From contig CAZIQL010000009.1 of assembly GCA_964541485.1 (NCBI GenBank), positions 327-64,326 on the forward strand: 64,000 bases of DNA, in the 5' to 3' direction. The notes beneath the pieces were generated by a model. It had not been told where the DNA came from. It saw nothing but the letters and a program-made list of their open reading frames with translations, and made no database searches. Made by a program: the position numbers and the translations under genes. This DNA is from an uncultured Lachnospiraceae bacterium. Its GTDB lineage: Bacteria > Bacillota > Clostridia > Lachnospirales > Lachnospiraceae. Below are positions 22,657 through 33,958 of the stretch, piece by piece (position 1 is the stretch's first letter; each line of letters starts with the position of its first letter).

Positions 22657-25539
22657 CTAGTCAATCTCTGTGCTGAGTCCGAATTCAGCACGTTTCTTTA
22701 ACAATTCTTTGTCAATTGCTTTCAAATTCAAGTACAACGCTTCCCGAGGGTTTGAGGAGTTTGCAACAACATCATCAAATGCATACTGCACCATACGCGC
22801 TGCCATGTAGCTGCCCGGTACTGCCGGCATACCCTTTGTGTTCTCCATCTGGGAAAGGAGCTGACGGTATTCGTTCGCTGTCCATGGAAGCTGTGCCAGC
22901 ACTGCCTTGTCTGCCGGCGCGTATCTTGCTGCCGTACCCATGACAGATTCGATGGTTGTTGCATACTGAAGCTGTGCCTCTGTGCCGGTCCACCATTTTA
23001 AGAAGGTCCACGCATCATCGACATTGTCACAGTTCTTCATGATTACACTCTGGGATGTATCGGAAACATAGGTATTGTCAACGGTTCCGTCTTCCTTTAA
23101 GACACCAGGGAACGGAGCAAAGGACCAAAGACCCTTAATTTCCGGAGCAAAAATCTCCAAGTTACAGTAGGTTGTATAGCTGGTAATACCTACCGGCATT
23201 TCACCGGTTCGGAAACGGTTCGAAAAATCCACGGATACCAACAGCTTATAGGTGGTAAAGTAATCGGTCAAATCCTTAAATGCCTGCATTGCCTCATCGG
23301 AAGCAAGACCGGATGCGATACCGTAATCATTTCCTTCCCCAAGGTAAAAGTCTCCGCCGTACTGGAATACTAAGGAGGCATAAATTGCCGTCGTCGGCAT
23401 GTAGAAATCGTAGTTGTTTCTCTGCAACAACGGAATCAGCTCTGCTACATCATCCCATGTCTGAGGCACCTGGGCACCAAGTTCATCTAAGATGTCCTTA
23501 CGATAGAAGGTCATCATAAAGTTCTGTGTCTCGGCAAGTCCGAAGACACCGTCTAAGTATCTTGCACCGTCGATTGCACTGTCAAAATACCGTGCCGCTT
23601 CTTCTTCAAAGCCGTCCAATTTACTTAAATCCACCAGGGCATTACGCTGTGCAAAATCTGCAAGGGTTCCCTGACTCACACCAACCAGCACATCCGGTCC
23701 GTTGCCGGTAAGTGCCGCACGAAGTACAACGTCCAGTGGGATAAGCTGTAATTTTACCGGAATATCATAATTTGGTGTAAAGGTTTCATCAATCATATTC
23801 TGGAGAATCTGTGCCTGTTCCTTACCGGAGGATACCATCCATACGGTGAGCACTTCATCGCCCTTTCCCGCCTCGGTATCACTGGTCACTTCATTTGTTT
23901 TTACAAAGAAGGAGGCAACAAAACGGTATATACTGTAGTACATACTCTTAAAGAATCCGGCCGTTGGGTCCGGAAGCTCTGCGTTTTCACCGGAAAGCAT
24001 AATTGCATCAATTTCAAGCGGCATCTCGGATACGGTTACAAGCCAGGTACCAAGTGCTGCGATATTGCTCTTCCACTGATTTAACTGGGATACGGTATCC
24101 TCCGGATCTTCAGCAAGCTCTAATGCCTGAATTGCCATTTTTTCAAGAAGTGCCGTATTCTCACCCTTTTCACCGGTAATCCGCACCATCTCGTCACATG
24201 CATTCATCAGACGTTCGCTTTCAAAAAGCAGTCCTTCTACAAAGCCATCTACCTTATCCGCAATTTCATAGTCGATATACTGGCTCGGTGCCTGACCGGT
24301 CAGCTGAATTGTCTTTAAATATAACTGGTTTAGGTTATACATACTTTCTTCGATTTCTGTAATGATACCACCCAGTTCACCGACAACAACTTCTAATTTA
24401 ATCGTATTCTTTCCTTCCTTTAAGTAGAAAAGATACGGATTCCCGTCCTTGTCAGAAATCGTATGGTTTTCCATATCACCATTATATTGGAAAGAAATGA
24501 GGTTCATCTCTTCATACGGAACCTCTCCGTTTATGTACAAACGACGATAAGAGGTAACACCTCTGTTCTGAGACTGGCGCGCCTTAAATGTCAATTGGTA
24601 CAGGCCCTCCTGTGGAGCCTCTACTTCCCAGATGATATAGTCGCCGGAAGTCTTAAAACTGTCGCCGCCAATCGTATTATAAATAATATTATACGGATGG
24701 TACGGCATGTTATTAGCGTCGGAATAATTCTTCTTAATATTAATGGATGCAGAGCTCTTGGTAATCTGGGTTGTAATACCCTCTCTTCTCTCTGCCTGTC
24801 CGATGAGTACATCACCATCGTATACGGTGTATTTACTCTTTAACTCCTCAATCACATCTGCATAAGCAGGCTCTGCCTCTTTGCAGTCAAAAGTAATATC
24901 TGTAAACGCAACCGGTTCCTTTACCGACTCAAAGGTCAGAGTATGCTCGCCCTCTGTCAGATAAAATAAGAACGGCACACCGGTTCTTCGGTTATAATCC
25001 TCTGCATAGACCGTTGTCTCTTCAAATATCTCTACTGCAGACGGACGAATTTCATCATTGTTTTTTATGCGGATATCTTCATCCTGATACTGACGCTTTA
25101 ATACAACCTGGGAAAGCCCCTCATACAACTGTACCCCGTCAATCAAAATTCTTCTCTGAATATCCGAGGTGGTTCCCTCCAAAGGGATATAGGAAAGGTT
25201 CAAATTATAAAACCCTTCTGTTTCTACCTGAAACTTCCAGGTAATCTTTCCTTCTTCCCCTGTGGAAAGCATTCCTTCTGCATAGGACGCTTCCATTCCG
25301 TCCGAAACGGTATAATTTTCTAAATTAATCTCAATTTCTGCATTTGCATAATTTGGCGTGCCTTCGCCATCATAGCCATTTTCAAGCAAATAAGCCATAT
25401 AAGATTCCTCATATGGCGAAGCGGATACCCCTGAGCCCTCCAATCCGGAGGAATCATCGTTATTCCAAAATGCAATTACAATAATGACAACAAGAATTGC
25501 TGCTATTGCAACCCTCGTCCATATTTTTTTCTTTTTCAT
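22657..25539 (-). CDS. Giant atypical extracellular solute-binding protein: a TM anchor, two tandem beta-sandwich (CBM-like) modules, a helical linker and a family-1 SBP domain.
   Basis: The likely start is the ATG at 25539 (MKKKKIWTRVAIAAILVVIIVIAF), preceded by GGAGAGGAAG. The track ORF extends to 25632. Two internal modules are related to each other: KITWKFQVETEGFYNLNLSYIPL...RRILIDG and YIIWEVEAPQEGLYQLTFKARQ...RRLYING. The C-terminal ~420 aa are SBP-like. Confidence 0.7.
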   Translation of the reverse strand: MKKKKIWTRVAIAAILVVIIVIAFWNNDDSSGLEGSGVSASPYEESYMAYLLENGYDGEGTPNYANAEIEINLENYTVSDGMEASYAEGMLSTGEEGKITWKFQVETEGFYNLNLSYIPLEGTTSDIQRRILIDGVQLYEGLSQVVLKRQYQDEDIRIKNNDEIRPSAVEIFEETTVYAEDYNRRTGVPFLFYLTEGEHTLTFESVKEPVAFTDITFDCKEAEPAYADVIEELKSKYTVYDGDVLIGQAERREGITTQITKSSASINIKKNYSDANNMPYHPYNIIYNTIGGDSFKTSGDYIIWEVEAPQEGLYQLTFKARQSQNRGVTSYRRLYINGEVPYEEMNLISFQYNGDMENHTISDKDGNPYLFYLKEGKNTIKLEVVVGELGGIITEIEESMYNLNQLYLKTIQLTGQAPSQYIDYEIADKVDGFVEGLLFESERLMNACDEMVRITGEKGENTALLEKMAIQALELAEDPEDTVSQLNQWKSNIAALGTWLVTVSEMPLEIDAIMLSGENAELPDPTAGFFKSMYYSIYRFVASFFVKTNEVTSDTEAGKGDEVLTVWMVSSGKEQAQILQNMIDETFTPNYDIPVKLQLIPLDVVLRAALTGNGPDVLVGVSQGTLADFAQRNALVDLSKLDGFEEEAARYFDSAIDGARYLDGVFGLAETQNFMMTFYRKDILDELGAQVPQTWDDVAELIPLLQRNNYDFYMPTTAIYASLVFQYGGDFYLGEGNDYGIASGLASDEAMQAFKDLTDYFTTYKLLVSVDFSNRFRTGEMPVGITSYTTYCNLEIFAPEIKGLWSFAPFPGVLKEDGTVDNTYVSDTSQSVIMKNCDNVDDAWTFLKWWTGTEAQLQYATTIESVMGTAARYAPADKAVLAQLPWTANEYRQLLSQMENTKGMPAVPGSYMAARMVQYAFDDVVANSSNPREALYLNLKAIDKELLKKRAEFGLSTEID

Positions 25540-25632
25540 GCAATCTTCCTCTCCTTGGAACACTCTTTTTCCGTCTTTCTTAGAAAAAAGGATGCCCGGA
25601 ATGCATATTCCGAGCATCCTGTTTCGTTTCAA

Positions 25633-27771
25633 TTATTCAACAATTACCTGAACAGTTACTTGTGCTTCGTTACCAACATAGTCTGTAGCAGTAATTACTA
25701 CATCGTATGTACCAGGTGTAGAGGAATCCAGAGTGGAAAGGTCAGCCTTTATATTACCGGAAATATCTAAACCATCAGCATCTACTGCAGATACCAATGC
25801 CGCATTGTACTCTGTACCAATCCATGTCAGTGTATTTACATCGGTATTCAGTGAAATGTACATAGGAGAAGTGTGTGCTGTAAGTACCGGCTTCTCTGTG
25901 TTGTTTAGATCGTATACATATACGGAAACTGTGCAGTAACCCTTGTTACCAGAGGAGTCTGCAAAGTATGCCTTGAACATTCTGTAGTAGTAACCTACGT
26001 TCTGAAGGTCCGCTTCTGTAAATACAGCACCTTCGCCATACTCAGCTGCCATCTTGGTATCTGTTTCCCAAGTGTTGAATTCCGGCATGAAACTGTCAAA
26101 ACCTAATGTGCCGTCTGCGTTATCTGTTACTGTAAGGAAATCCATCCAGATGGAATCTGTCATTGTTGTGCCGGCAGGAACTGCAACTATAGTTCCGTTC
26201 AGTGCTACGCTTGGCGAAACGGTATCATTGATGCCTTCCGAAGAAAGAATTGCTTCCATCTCTGTTACCTTTTCAGCAAACTTGTTGATATTTGCAGCGA
26301 TTGCTACATCGTAAGATGCAGTACCGCCGATTCCGAATAAGGACTTACCAAGAACTTCATCCCATGTACCACGGAAACCAAGGATATCGGAGTAATCCTT
26401 ACCATCCGGCATCTTGCTTGTGATATATAAGAAGGACTCTAAGATGGCATCGCCGTACTCTTCATGGTAAATATCAAGACCATAAGAAACTGCCTGCTGT
26501 GTACCATAAGCTTCCTGATACTCAGCCATTGTTTCAACACCTGCAAGTGTTGTGTAGTAAACCTTTGTGTAAAGAGCATATGCCTTTAAAGCAAGCTCTG
26601 TCTTTTCAGCAGAAACACCCTTGAGAACACCAACGGAGTCACCAAGTGTAATAACCTGTCTGTAATCTTCGCTATCGATATCTAAGCTATCCGGTCTTGG
26701 CCATGGAACGATACCGATGGATTCGCCTCTGTTTGCAGCTTCACCTGTTGCCCAGCCGATGTACCAGTCAGGACAATCTGTAAATACTGTGAACACGCCG
26801 TCTCTACCATATACGAAACGCTCACCGGCTACGCACCATTCTGGTGTATATCCATCATCATAAACGCCTGTTACCTGAAGAAGACCTGCATCCAGTAAGC
26901 TGTCCATGTAAGCAACCGCATCCTTCATACCCTGGCTGTCAACAGCAAGACCATTTGCACCGTAGATAGCGCCACCTGCAGAGTAAGCTGCAGAAAGAGT
27001 AGCCATACGTGTATCTGTCTGGTATGCTTCAACCGTGTTATCGTTTGCATAGAAAGCATCTAACTTTGTTAATAATTCCTTGAATGTGGACCATGTCCAG
27101 TTTCCGTTTGCAAAAGTAACGCTTGGGTTCTCAAGACCAGCTTCCTCAATTAAGTCTACGTTGTAGCAAAGTGGCCATCTCTGGTTGAAACGAACCACAT
27201 CACTTAACATGTAGTAATGTCCGTATAACTTATCATAGAGCATCCAGGAATAATCCTCATCCTCTAAGAAGATGTAAGCATAATCATCTAACTTCTGTAA
27301 AACGTTCTGTGCAAGAATTTCAGATTCAGAACCGCCCCACATAACTGCGAGATCACAAATCGGATCACCTGCTACTACGCTCTGAAGTAAAGCTTCTCTT
27401 GTATCGGATGGATACTGTACATACTCAAATACAACGCCGAGCTGTTCATAAATTGCTTCTTCAGCTGCATATCTTGCTTCTCTCAGGCTGGCTTCCATTA
27501 CATATTCGCCTGTAACTTCGTCCGTGTAGTGAGGATCAAGACCCTGTAACCAGTGAGTACCATACTTAATTGTTACAATTTCCTTTGGCTCATCCGGAAC
27601 TACTGTCGGATCCGGAGTCTGCGTAGGATCTGTGGTTTCATTTCCCGGCTCAGCTGCCTGTGTAGGAGTAGGAGTCGGAGTGTTTGTGTCGCCGCCACCG
27701 CATGCTGTCAGGCTGAATAACATACAAACCATCATAAGCACTGCGAGAACAGACTTTGTTAATTTTTTCAT
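25633..27771 (-). CDS. Solute-binding lipoprotein with a PT-rich linker and a C-terminal Ig-like extension.
   Basis: The likely start is the ATG at 27771 (MKKLTKSVLAVLMMVCMLFSLTACGG, with lipobox LTAC), preceded by AAAGGAGGAAAC. It has a TPTPTPTQ linker and an SBP core. The C-terminal ~120 aa (TPGTYDVVITATDYVGNEAQVTVQVIV) are Ig-like. Confidence 0.75.
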   Translation of the reverse strand: MKKLTKSVLAVLMMVCMLFSLTACGGGDTNTPTPTPTQAAEPGNETTDPTQTPDPTVVPDEPKEIVTIKYGTHWLQGLDPHYTDEVTGEYVMEASLREARYAAEEAIYEQLGVVFEYVQYPSDTREALLQSVVAGDPICDLAVMWGGSESEILAQNVLQKLDDYAYIFLEDEDYSWMLYDKLYGHYYMLSDVVRFNQRWPLCYNVDLIEEAGLENPSVTFANGNWTWSTFKELLTKLDAFYANDNTVEAYQTDTRMATLSAAYSAGGAIYGANGLAVDSQGMKDAVAYMDSLLDAGLLQVTGVYDDGYTPEWCVAGERFVYGRDGVFTVFTDCPDWYIGWATGEAANRGESIGIVPWPRPDSLDIDSEDYRQVITLGDSVGVLKGVSAEKTELALKAYALYTKVYYTTLAGVETMAEYQEAYGTQQAVSYGLDIYHEEYGDAILESFLYITSKMPDGKDYSDILGFRGTWDEVLGKSLFGIGGTASYDVAIAANINKFAEKVTEMEAILSSEGINDTVSPSVALNGTIVAVPAGTTMTDSIWMDFLTVTDNADGTLGFDSFMPEFNTWETDTKMAAEYGEGAVFTEADLQNVGYYYRMFKAYFADSSGNKGYCTVSVYVYDLNNTEKPVLTAHTSPMYISLNTDVNTLTWIGTEYNAALVSAVDADGLDISGNIKADLSTLDSSTPGTYDVVITATDYVGNEAQVTVQVIVE

Positions 27772-27838
27772 GTTTCCTCCTTTTTGTACATGTTTCCCAT
27801 GTACACATTTAATTTTTTCGCACACCTCTTTACTTGTT

Positions 27839-27853
27839 TAGTAAAGTTTACTA
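27839..27853. promoter_or_regulatory. A 15-bp perfect palindrome, TAGTAAAGTTTACTA. It is a candidate LacI-type operator upstream of the first gene of the glycan locus.
   Basis: The sequence is identical to its reverse complement apart from the central base. It lies about 70 nt upstream of the 27771 start and downstream of a TTGACA hexamer (minus strand, 27881-27886). The half-site geometry resembles LacI/GalR operators. Confidence 0.35.
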
Positions 27854-28120
27854 CTATAAATTACACTATTTTCTCCCTGTTGTCAATATCACTTTTGTAC
27901 ATATCGCACAAAAAACCGTTTGAATTTAGCACATTAAATGGTCAACTTAACAATCGCTCGTCTTTTTTTGTTAACTCGTTCGTAAGAAAAAGGCAACAAC
28001 AAGTAAACAAAAACAGGTAAATGTTTTTATTCCGGTATCGGTTGAAAAAATCCTCTGCCTATAGTAAAATGCAATCTGTAGCAAATTTTAAGTTTTATTC
28101 TACCGGATATTGATGAGGTT

Positions 28121-28396
28121 ATGGCTATGTTTCGCTTATGGGCAAAAATTTGGAAAGAAAATCATTTGATAAAAGATATCGTAATAGAAAATGACGATGC
28201 CGCATTAAACCGGACCAGAAAAATATTTGCGGCCTTAGACTCGGTTTGTTACGAATTTGACTTATCCAAGCCTATCTGGCTGGATTCCACCATACGGGAA
28301 TTTAAAGAGCATGACAAAGCCCGTTTTTCCCAGGATAATTTTGTGGACCATATCGAATTTGACTTTTTGGAAATTCAGGTTATAGAAGAAGATTAA
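28121..28396 (+). CDS. Small acidic hypothetical protein.
   Basis: 91-aa ORF with protein-like composition (MAMFRLWAKIWKENHLIKDIVIEND...), followed by a terminator. I could not assign a family. Confidence 0.5.
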   Translation: MAMFRLWAKIWKENHLIKDIVIENDDAALNRTRKIFAALDSVCYEFDLSKPIWLDSTIREFKEHDKARFSQDNFVDHIEFDFLEIQVIEED

Positions 28397-28407
28397 ATAC
28401 AAAAAAA

Positions 28408-28460
28408 GAATATTCCTCGCAGCTACGATGAAAGTCACTGCCCGGGAATATTCTTTTTTA
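28408..28460 (+). terminator. Probable bidirectional terminator between the 91-aa ORF and the convergent HIT gene.
   Basis: GAATATTCC (28408-28416) pairs with GGAATATTC (28445-28453). An A-run lies upstream and a T-run downstream. Confidence 0.5.
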
Positions 28461-28479
28461 TCATTATCATCTCTTCCTA

Positions 28480-28893
28480 TTATTTGATATTCTTTGCGAT
28501 AGATTCGGCAAGAGCAGGGGCTTCACCGTCTTCGTAGCTTCCGGTTTCCCATTTGATACGGATGGTATCCTCCTCCCATCTCGGAATAAAATGAACATGC
28601 AAATGGAACACCGTCTGTCCTGCTGCCACGCCGTTGTTCTGTAAAATATTCATACCGTCACAGCCCAGCGTCTCTTTGATTGCCGTTGCCACCTTTGGCA
28701 CAACCGCAAATACCTTTCCGGCAAGCTCCGCATCCAGCTCAAATATGTTTGCCGCATGTTCCTTTAACACAAGAATGGCATGACCCTTTGCCGCCGGAGC
28801 AATGTCTAAAATCACCTTGACATTTTCATCCTCATAAATAACCGTAGAAGGAATGTCTCCGTTTATAATCTTACAAAAAATACAGTTTTCCAT
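28480..28893 (-). CDS. HIT family (histidine triad) nucleotide hydrolase.
   Basis: MENCIFCKII...HLHVHFIPR histidine triad. AAGGAGAA precedes the ATG at 28893. The track ORF start at 28920 is likely too long. Confidence 0.9.
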   Translation of the reverse strand: MENCIFCKIINGDIPSTVIYEDENVKVILDIAPAAKGHAILVLKEHAANIFELDAELAGKVFAVVPKVATAIKETLGCDGMNILQNNGVAAGQTVFHLHVHFIPRWEEDTIRIKWETGSYEDGEAPALAESIAKNIK

Positions 28894-28920
28894 CGTTTTT
28901 CTCCTTTTCAATAAAAGCAA

Positions 28921-29928
28921 TCAGCCCAGTACATTAAAACGGAATAACTGGTCAAACATCCGCAGCGTCTTAAAATCGCCCTTTGCTGTTAAGTCTCCCG
29001 ACATGAATGCACCCTGAAACGTGGTTCGTCCCGTCACAAGGCGATTGATGACCGCCCTCGTTGTCGTCGCAATCACATCCGAATAATCACATTCGCCGTA
29101 ATAACATTTCATGCGGTCCTTGTTCACATCCACAATCAATGTCTTTCCGGTGTCCGTCATACGGATTTCAAATACCGCCTTGACCTCTTCCTTCGGAGCC
29201 ACAAAGTTTTCCTTTAAACTCTGGATAAATTCCTGGCTCGGATCCTTTCCTTCTGTCTTATCCATCATCTCACGGAACAACTGGGAAAGTTCCTCGATGT
29301 CTTCCTTCTGTTTCTTTACATAAGTGTCATCCGAAACGTACTTTGACAGCTGTTCGCTCTCCTGCGGCGTCAGCTCCATCGGAGATGCTTTTACCAGGTT
29401 CTGCTTCATCGCCGAAACGCTGGATGGCAGTGTTTTCGGTTTCTGATTAATCACACGATAAAGGTTTTCTGCCTTACCTTCAATAATCTTTGCAAAGTCA
29501 GCGTTTGTTTCAAACTCCGTCTGCTGCTCCACATATGCAGTAAGTCCCGGACAAAGAAGTCCGCCAAGAAGCTCCCACGCCTTAATCAAGGTGTGCTCTG
29601 CTTCCTTTTCTCCATAGGTATTGGATACTACCACCGGCATCATATACGTCTTTGCAAGCTTTGACTTATCCGCATACAGCCAGCACGCATCCAGAAACTG
29701 CTGCAGATATCCGCCGATACCATACCACTCCAAAGAGGCCGCCAAAATAACACCGTCTGCTTCCTTTACTGTATTTGACAATACCGCAATTTCGTTTTTA
29801 CACTCATACAAATTATAACGTTTCACATCAACACGCAGTTCCTGTAACACGTCTGTCAGGCGCTGTAATACATATAACGTTGAGTCCTCAATCAAACCTC
29901 TGCCGCCGTAATAAATATGGATTCGCAT
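28921..29928 (-). CDS. Flavodoxin-like fold protein with a C-terminal SCP2 (sterol-carrier)-like domain.
   Basis: 335 aa. The N-terminal half resembles NAD(P)H-dependent FMN reductase-type flavodoxin folds. The C-terminal TFQGAFMSGDLTAKGDFKTLRMFDQLF is SCP2-like. Confidence 0.6.
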   Translation of the reverse strand: MRIHIYYGGRGLIEDSTLYVLQRLTDVLQELRVDVKRYNLYECKNEIAVLSNTVKEADGVILAASLEWYGIGGYLQQFLDACWLYADKSKLAKTYMMPVVVSNTYGEKEAEHTLIKAWELLGGLLCPGLTAYVEQQTEFETNADFAKIIEGKAENLYRVINQKPKTLPSSVSAMKQNLVKASPMELTPQESEQLSKYVSDDTYVKKQKEDIEELSQLFREMMDKTEGKDPSQEFIQSLKENFVAPKEEVKAVFEIRMTDTGKTLIVDVNKDRMKCYYGECDYSDVIATTTRAVINRLVTGRTTFQGAFMSGDLTAKGDFKTLRMFDQLFRFNVLG

Positions 29929-29949
29929 GAAACGTCCTCCTTCTCTTTC

Positions 29950-32105
<2,156 letters not shown>

Positions 32106-32161
32106 TCAAGGAATAGAATTCTCTTAGAATATGTTATAAAGAAGTATATCAGTTTTCTAAA

Positions 32162-33322
32162 TTAGTGACAAGGCAATTTCACATAAAATTCCGTCTTGGC
32201 AATCCGAAGCACCGCTCCGTTCCACAACAGCTCTTCCTTCCCCGGCATAATCTCCTTGCCATCCAGATAAGTTCCGTTTGTTGAATTCAAATCAGACACC
32301 AAATACTCTTCTTCCTTTTTATTAATACAGCAATGTATCCTGCTGACGCCCGACTGACCGAGCACATAATCCGCATATTTCCCAACACTCCCGATGTAAA
32401 AAGGAAATTTCTTTATATAAACAACCTCTCCCGTCTGCTCATTGAGCAGCTGTACCTCCTGTCTTTCTCCCGTCGTTGATAAAAGAACCGTCCGTTCCTC
32501 TGCCTCCTCCAAGAAAAGCTCCTTTTCCGGCTGTTTTTCTGCATGGTACGCTTCCCCCTGTTCTGCAACCAACAGCGCTTCCTTCTTTTTCCTATGAAAA
32601 AAACGATCCGTCAGCCATGTCACATACGAAGCTGTCGCCTCTGCCTCCTCCTTAGTCTCCTCCCGTTCATCTTTCGGTACTTCCTTCTCCTTTGCGAGGC
32701 TCCGTTCCGACACCTTTCCCTCATCCGGCTCCTCCCATAGCAAAACCGCATCCTTTGCCACATCCTTCTCCCCGATCCGTTCTCTTATTTCTTTTAACTC
32801 ACTCTTTTCTTTCACACAAAGCATGTAGCAGTCATATAACAGCTCTACCGCTTTTTTGTCCTCATAATTTACGCGGTTTAACAAATATTCAAAAAGGCCC
32901 TCCAGCTGTTCTTTTACCGGCCTTGCATACCCCGGAACGCAGCAGAGCTCTATTTGCATTTGCGGTAATGTTGCAAAAATATAATTGGGCAAAAGTACAA
33001 AATCATTCTCCGAAAGCAGATATTCCTTTCCATTGTCAAGAACATCAAAAATCTGCTGCAAAATATTCCGAATCTGCCTCTCACCAATGGACATCATGGC
33101 ATAAATTCCATTCAGCGCTTTCCTCCCGGTAATCCGGTAGCAATAATATTCCCGGTCCTCCTCCTGCTGTACGGAAAACTCAAGCCTGCCCTCTCCCGGA
33201 TTATATACCAGCATTTTTTCCTCATATTTGCAGACTTCTGTTTTTTCCGACAGTATCCTAAGATAGGTCTCTCCCTTTTCTTTTTTGTATTCCATCTGCA
33301 TTTCAGTCCTCTCCTTCCCCAC
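32162..33322 (-). CDS. FHA-domain protein at the distal end of the Tad locus. Its N-terminal domain is of unknown function and recalls DUF6382 (unverified).
   Basis: 386 aa. The C-terminal FHA signature is FYIGSVGKYADYVLGQSGVSRIHCCI...DLNSTNGTYLDG. An acidic linker sits in the middle. The real start may be the M at 33301 or 33295. Confidence 0.75.
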   Translation of the reverse strand: MGKERTEMQMEYKKEKGETYLRILSEKTEVCKYEEKMLVYNPGEGRLEFSVQQEEDREYYCYRITGRKALNGIYAMMSIGERQIRNILQQIFDVLDNGKEYLLSENDFVLLPNYIFATLPQMQIELCCVPGYARPVKEQLEGLFEYLLNRVNYEDKKAVELLYDCYMLCVKEKSELKEIRERIGEKDVAKDAVLLWEEPDEGKVSERSLAKEKEVPKDEREETKEEAEATASYVTWLTDRFFHRKKKEALLVAEQGEAYHAEKQPEKELFLEEAEERTVLLSTTGERQEVQLLNEQTGEVVYIKKFPFYIGSVGKYADYVLGQSGVSRIHCCINKKEEEYLVSDLNSTNGTYLDGKEIMPGKEELLWNGAVLRIAKTEFYVKLPCH

Positions 33323-33506
33323 ACATTATCCGTTCCATCCGGAGCACCTCCGAATTCACCGGGAGCTCGTATATCGCTTTTACGGCTTCCTTTCCGTAAT
33401 CTTCCACAATATCGTAAAGGAATAACGTAACCAGAACCATAGCACAAACAATAAGACACAAAAAAGGGCAAAGAAGTGCCGCTTCTACCGTAATACTCCC
33501 TCTCAT
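33303..33506 (-). CDS. Small TadE-like (pseudopilin-like) protein.
   Basis: The ATG at 33506 is preceded by AAAGGAGGATGAA. The product starts MRGSITVEAALLCPFLCLIVCAMVLV, which matches the TadE N-terminal pattern (basic residues, then (S/T)xxVEAAL, then a hydrophobic helix). Confidence 0.55.
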   Translation of the reverse strand: MRGSITVEAALLCPFLCLIVCAMVLVTLFLYDIVEDYGKEAVKAIYELPVNSEVLRMERIMCGEGED

Positions 33507-33517
33507 TTCATCCTCCT

Positions 33518-33958
33518 TTACAGAAAAACACCTATCACCCAGCCGCAAAACAAAAACGGAAGAAACGGAAGCTCTGTCCGCCTGTTTGCTTTTTTTGCTA
33601 CCATCAGTATCATAGAGGCCACTGCGGCCACCGCAAACGCTGCGCCAGTCATCGTCATCATGAATTCAATCCCATAGCCCATTCCAAGGCAAAATACAAG
33701 GATGCCATCGCCCGCACCCAGTTTTTCTTTTGTCACCCACGCCACAAGCAAAAGGAGCGTTCCGGGAAGCAACCCGCAAACAAACTCCCCCACCGTAACT
33801 CCTTCCCATACCCGCAGTATCAGCAACACCACTCCCAGGAAAAGAACCGGTCGTACCGGTATCTTCTTTTTCTTTATGTCAATTAGTGCCAATATTCCAA
33901 GCATCGGTCCGACCACAAAATTCACGTTCCGTTTCCTCCTTCTGCACACCTGCTGCAC
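33518..33958 (-). CDS. Prepilin peptidase, A24 family (CpaA/TadV-like).
   Basis: 146 aa and polytopic. The two Asp motifs are ALIDIKKKKIP and GAGDGIL. The start is uncertain because the ORF overlaps the upstream gene. Confidence 0.75.
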   Translation of the reverse strand: MQQVCRRRKRNVNFVVGPMLGILALIDIKKKKIPVRPVLFLGVVLLILRVWEGVTVGEFVCGLLPGTLLLLVAWVTKEKLGAGDGILVFCLGMGYGIEFMMTMTGAAFAVAAVASMILMVAKKANRRTELPFLPFLFCGWVIGVFL

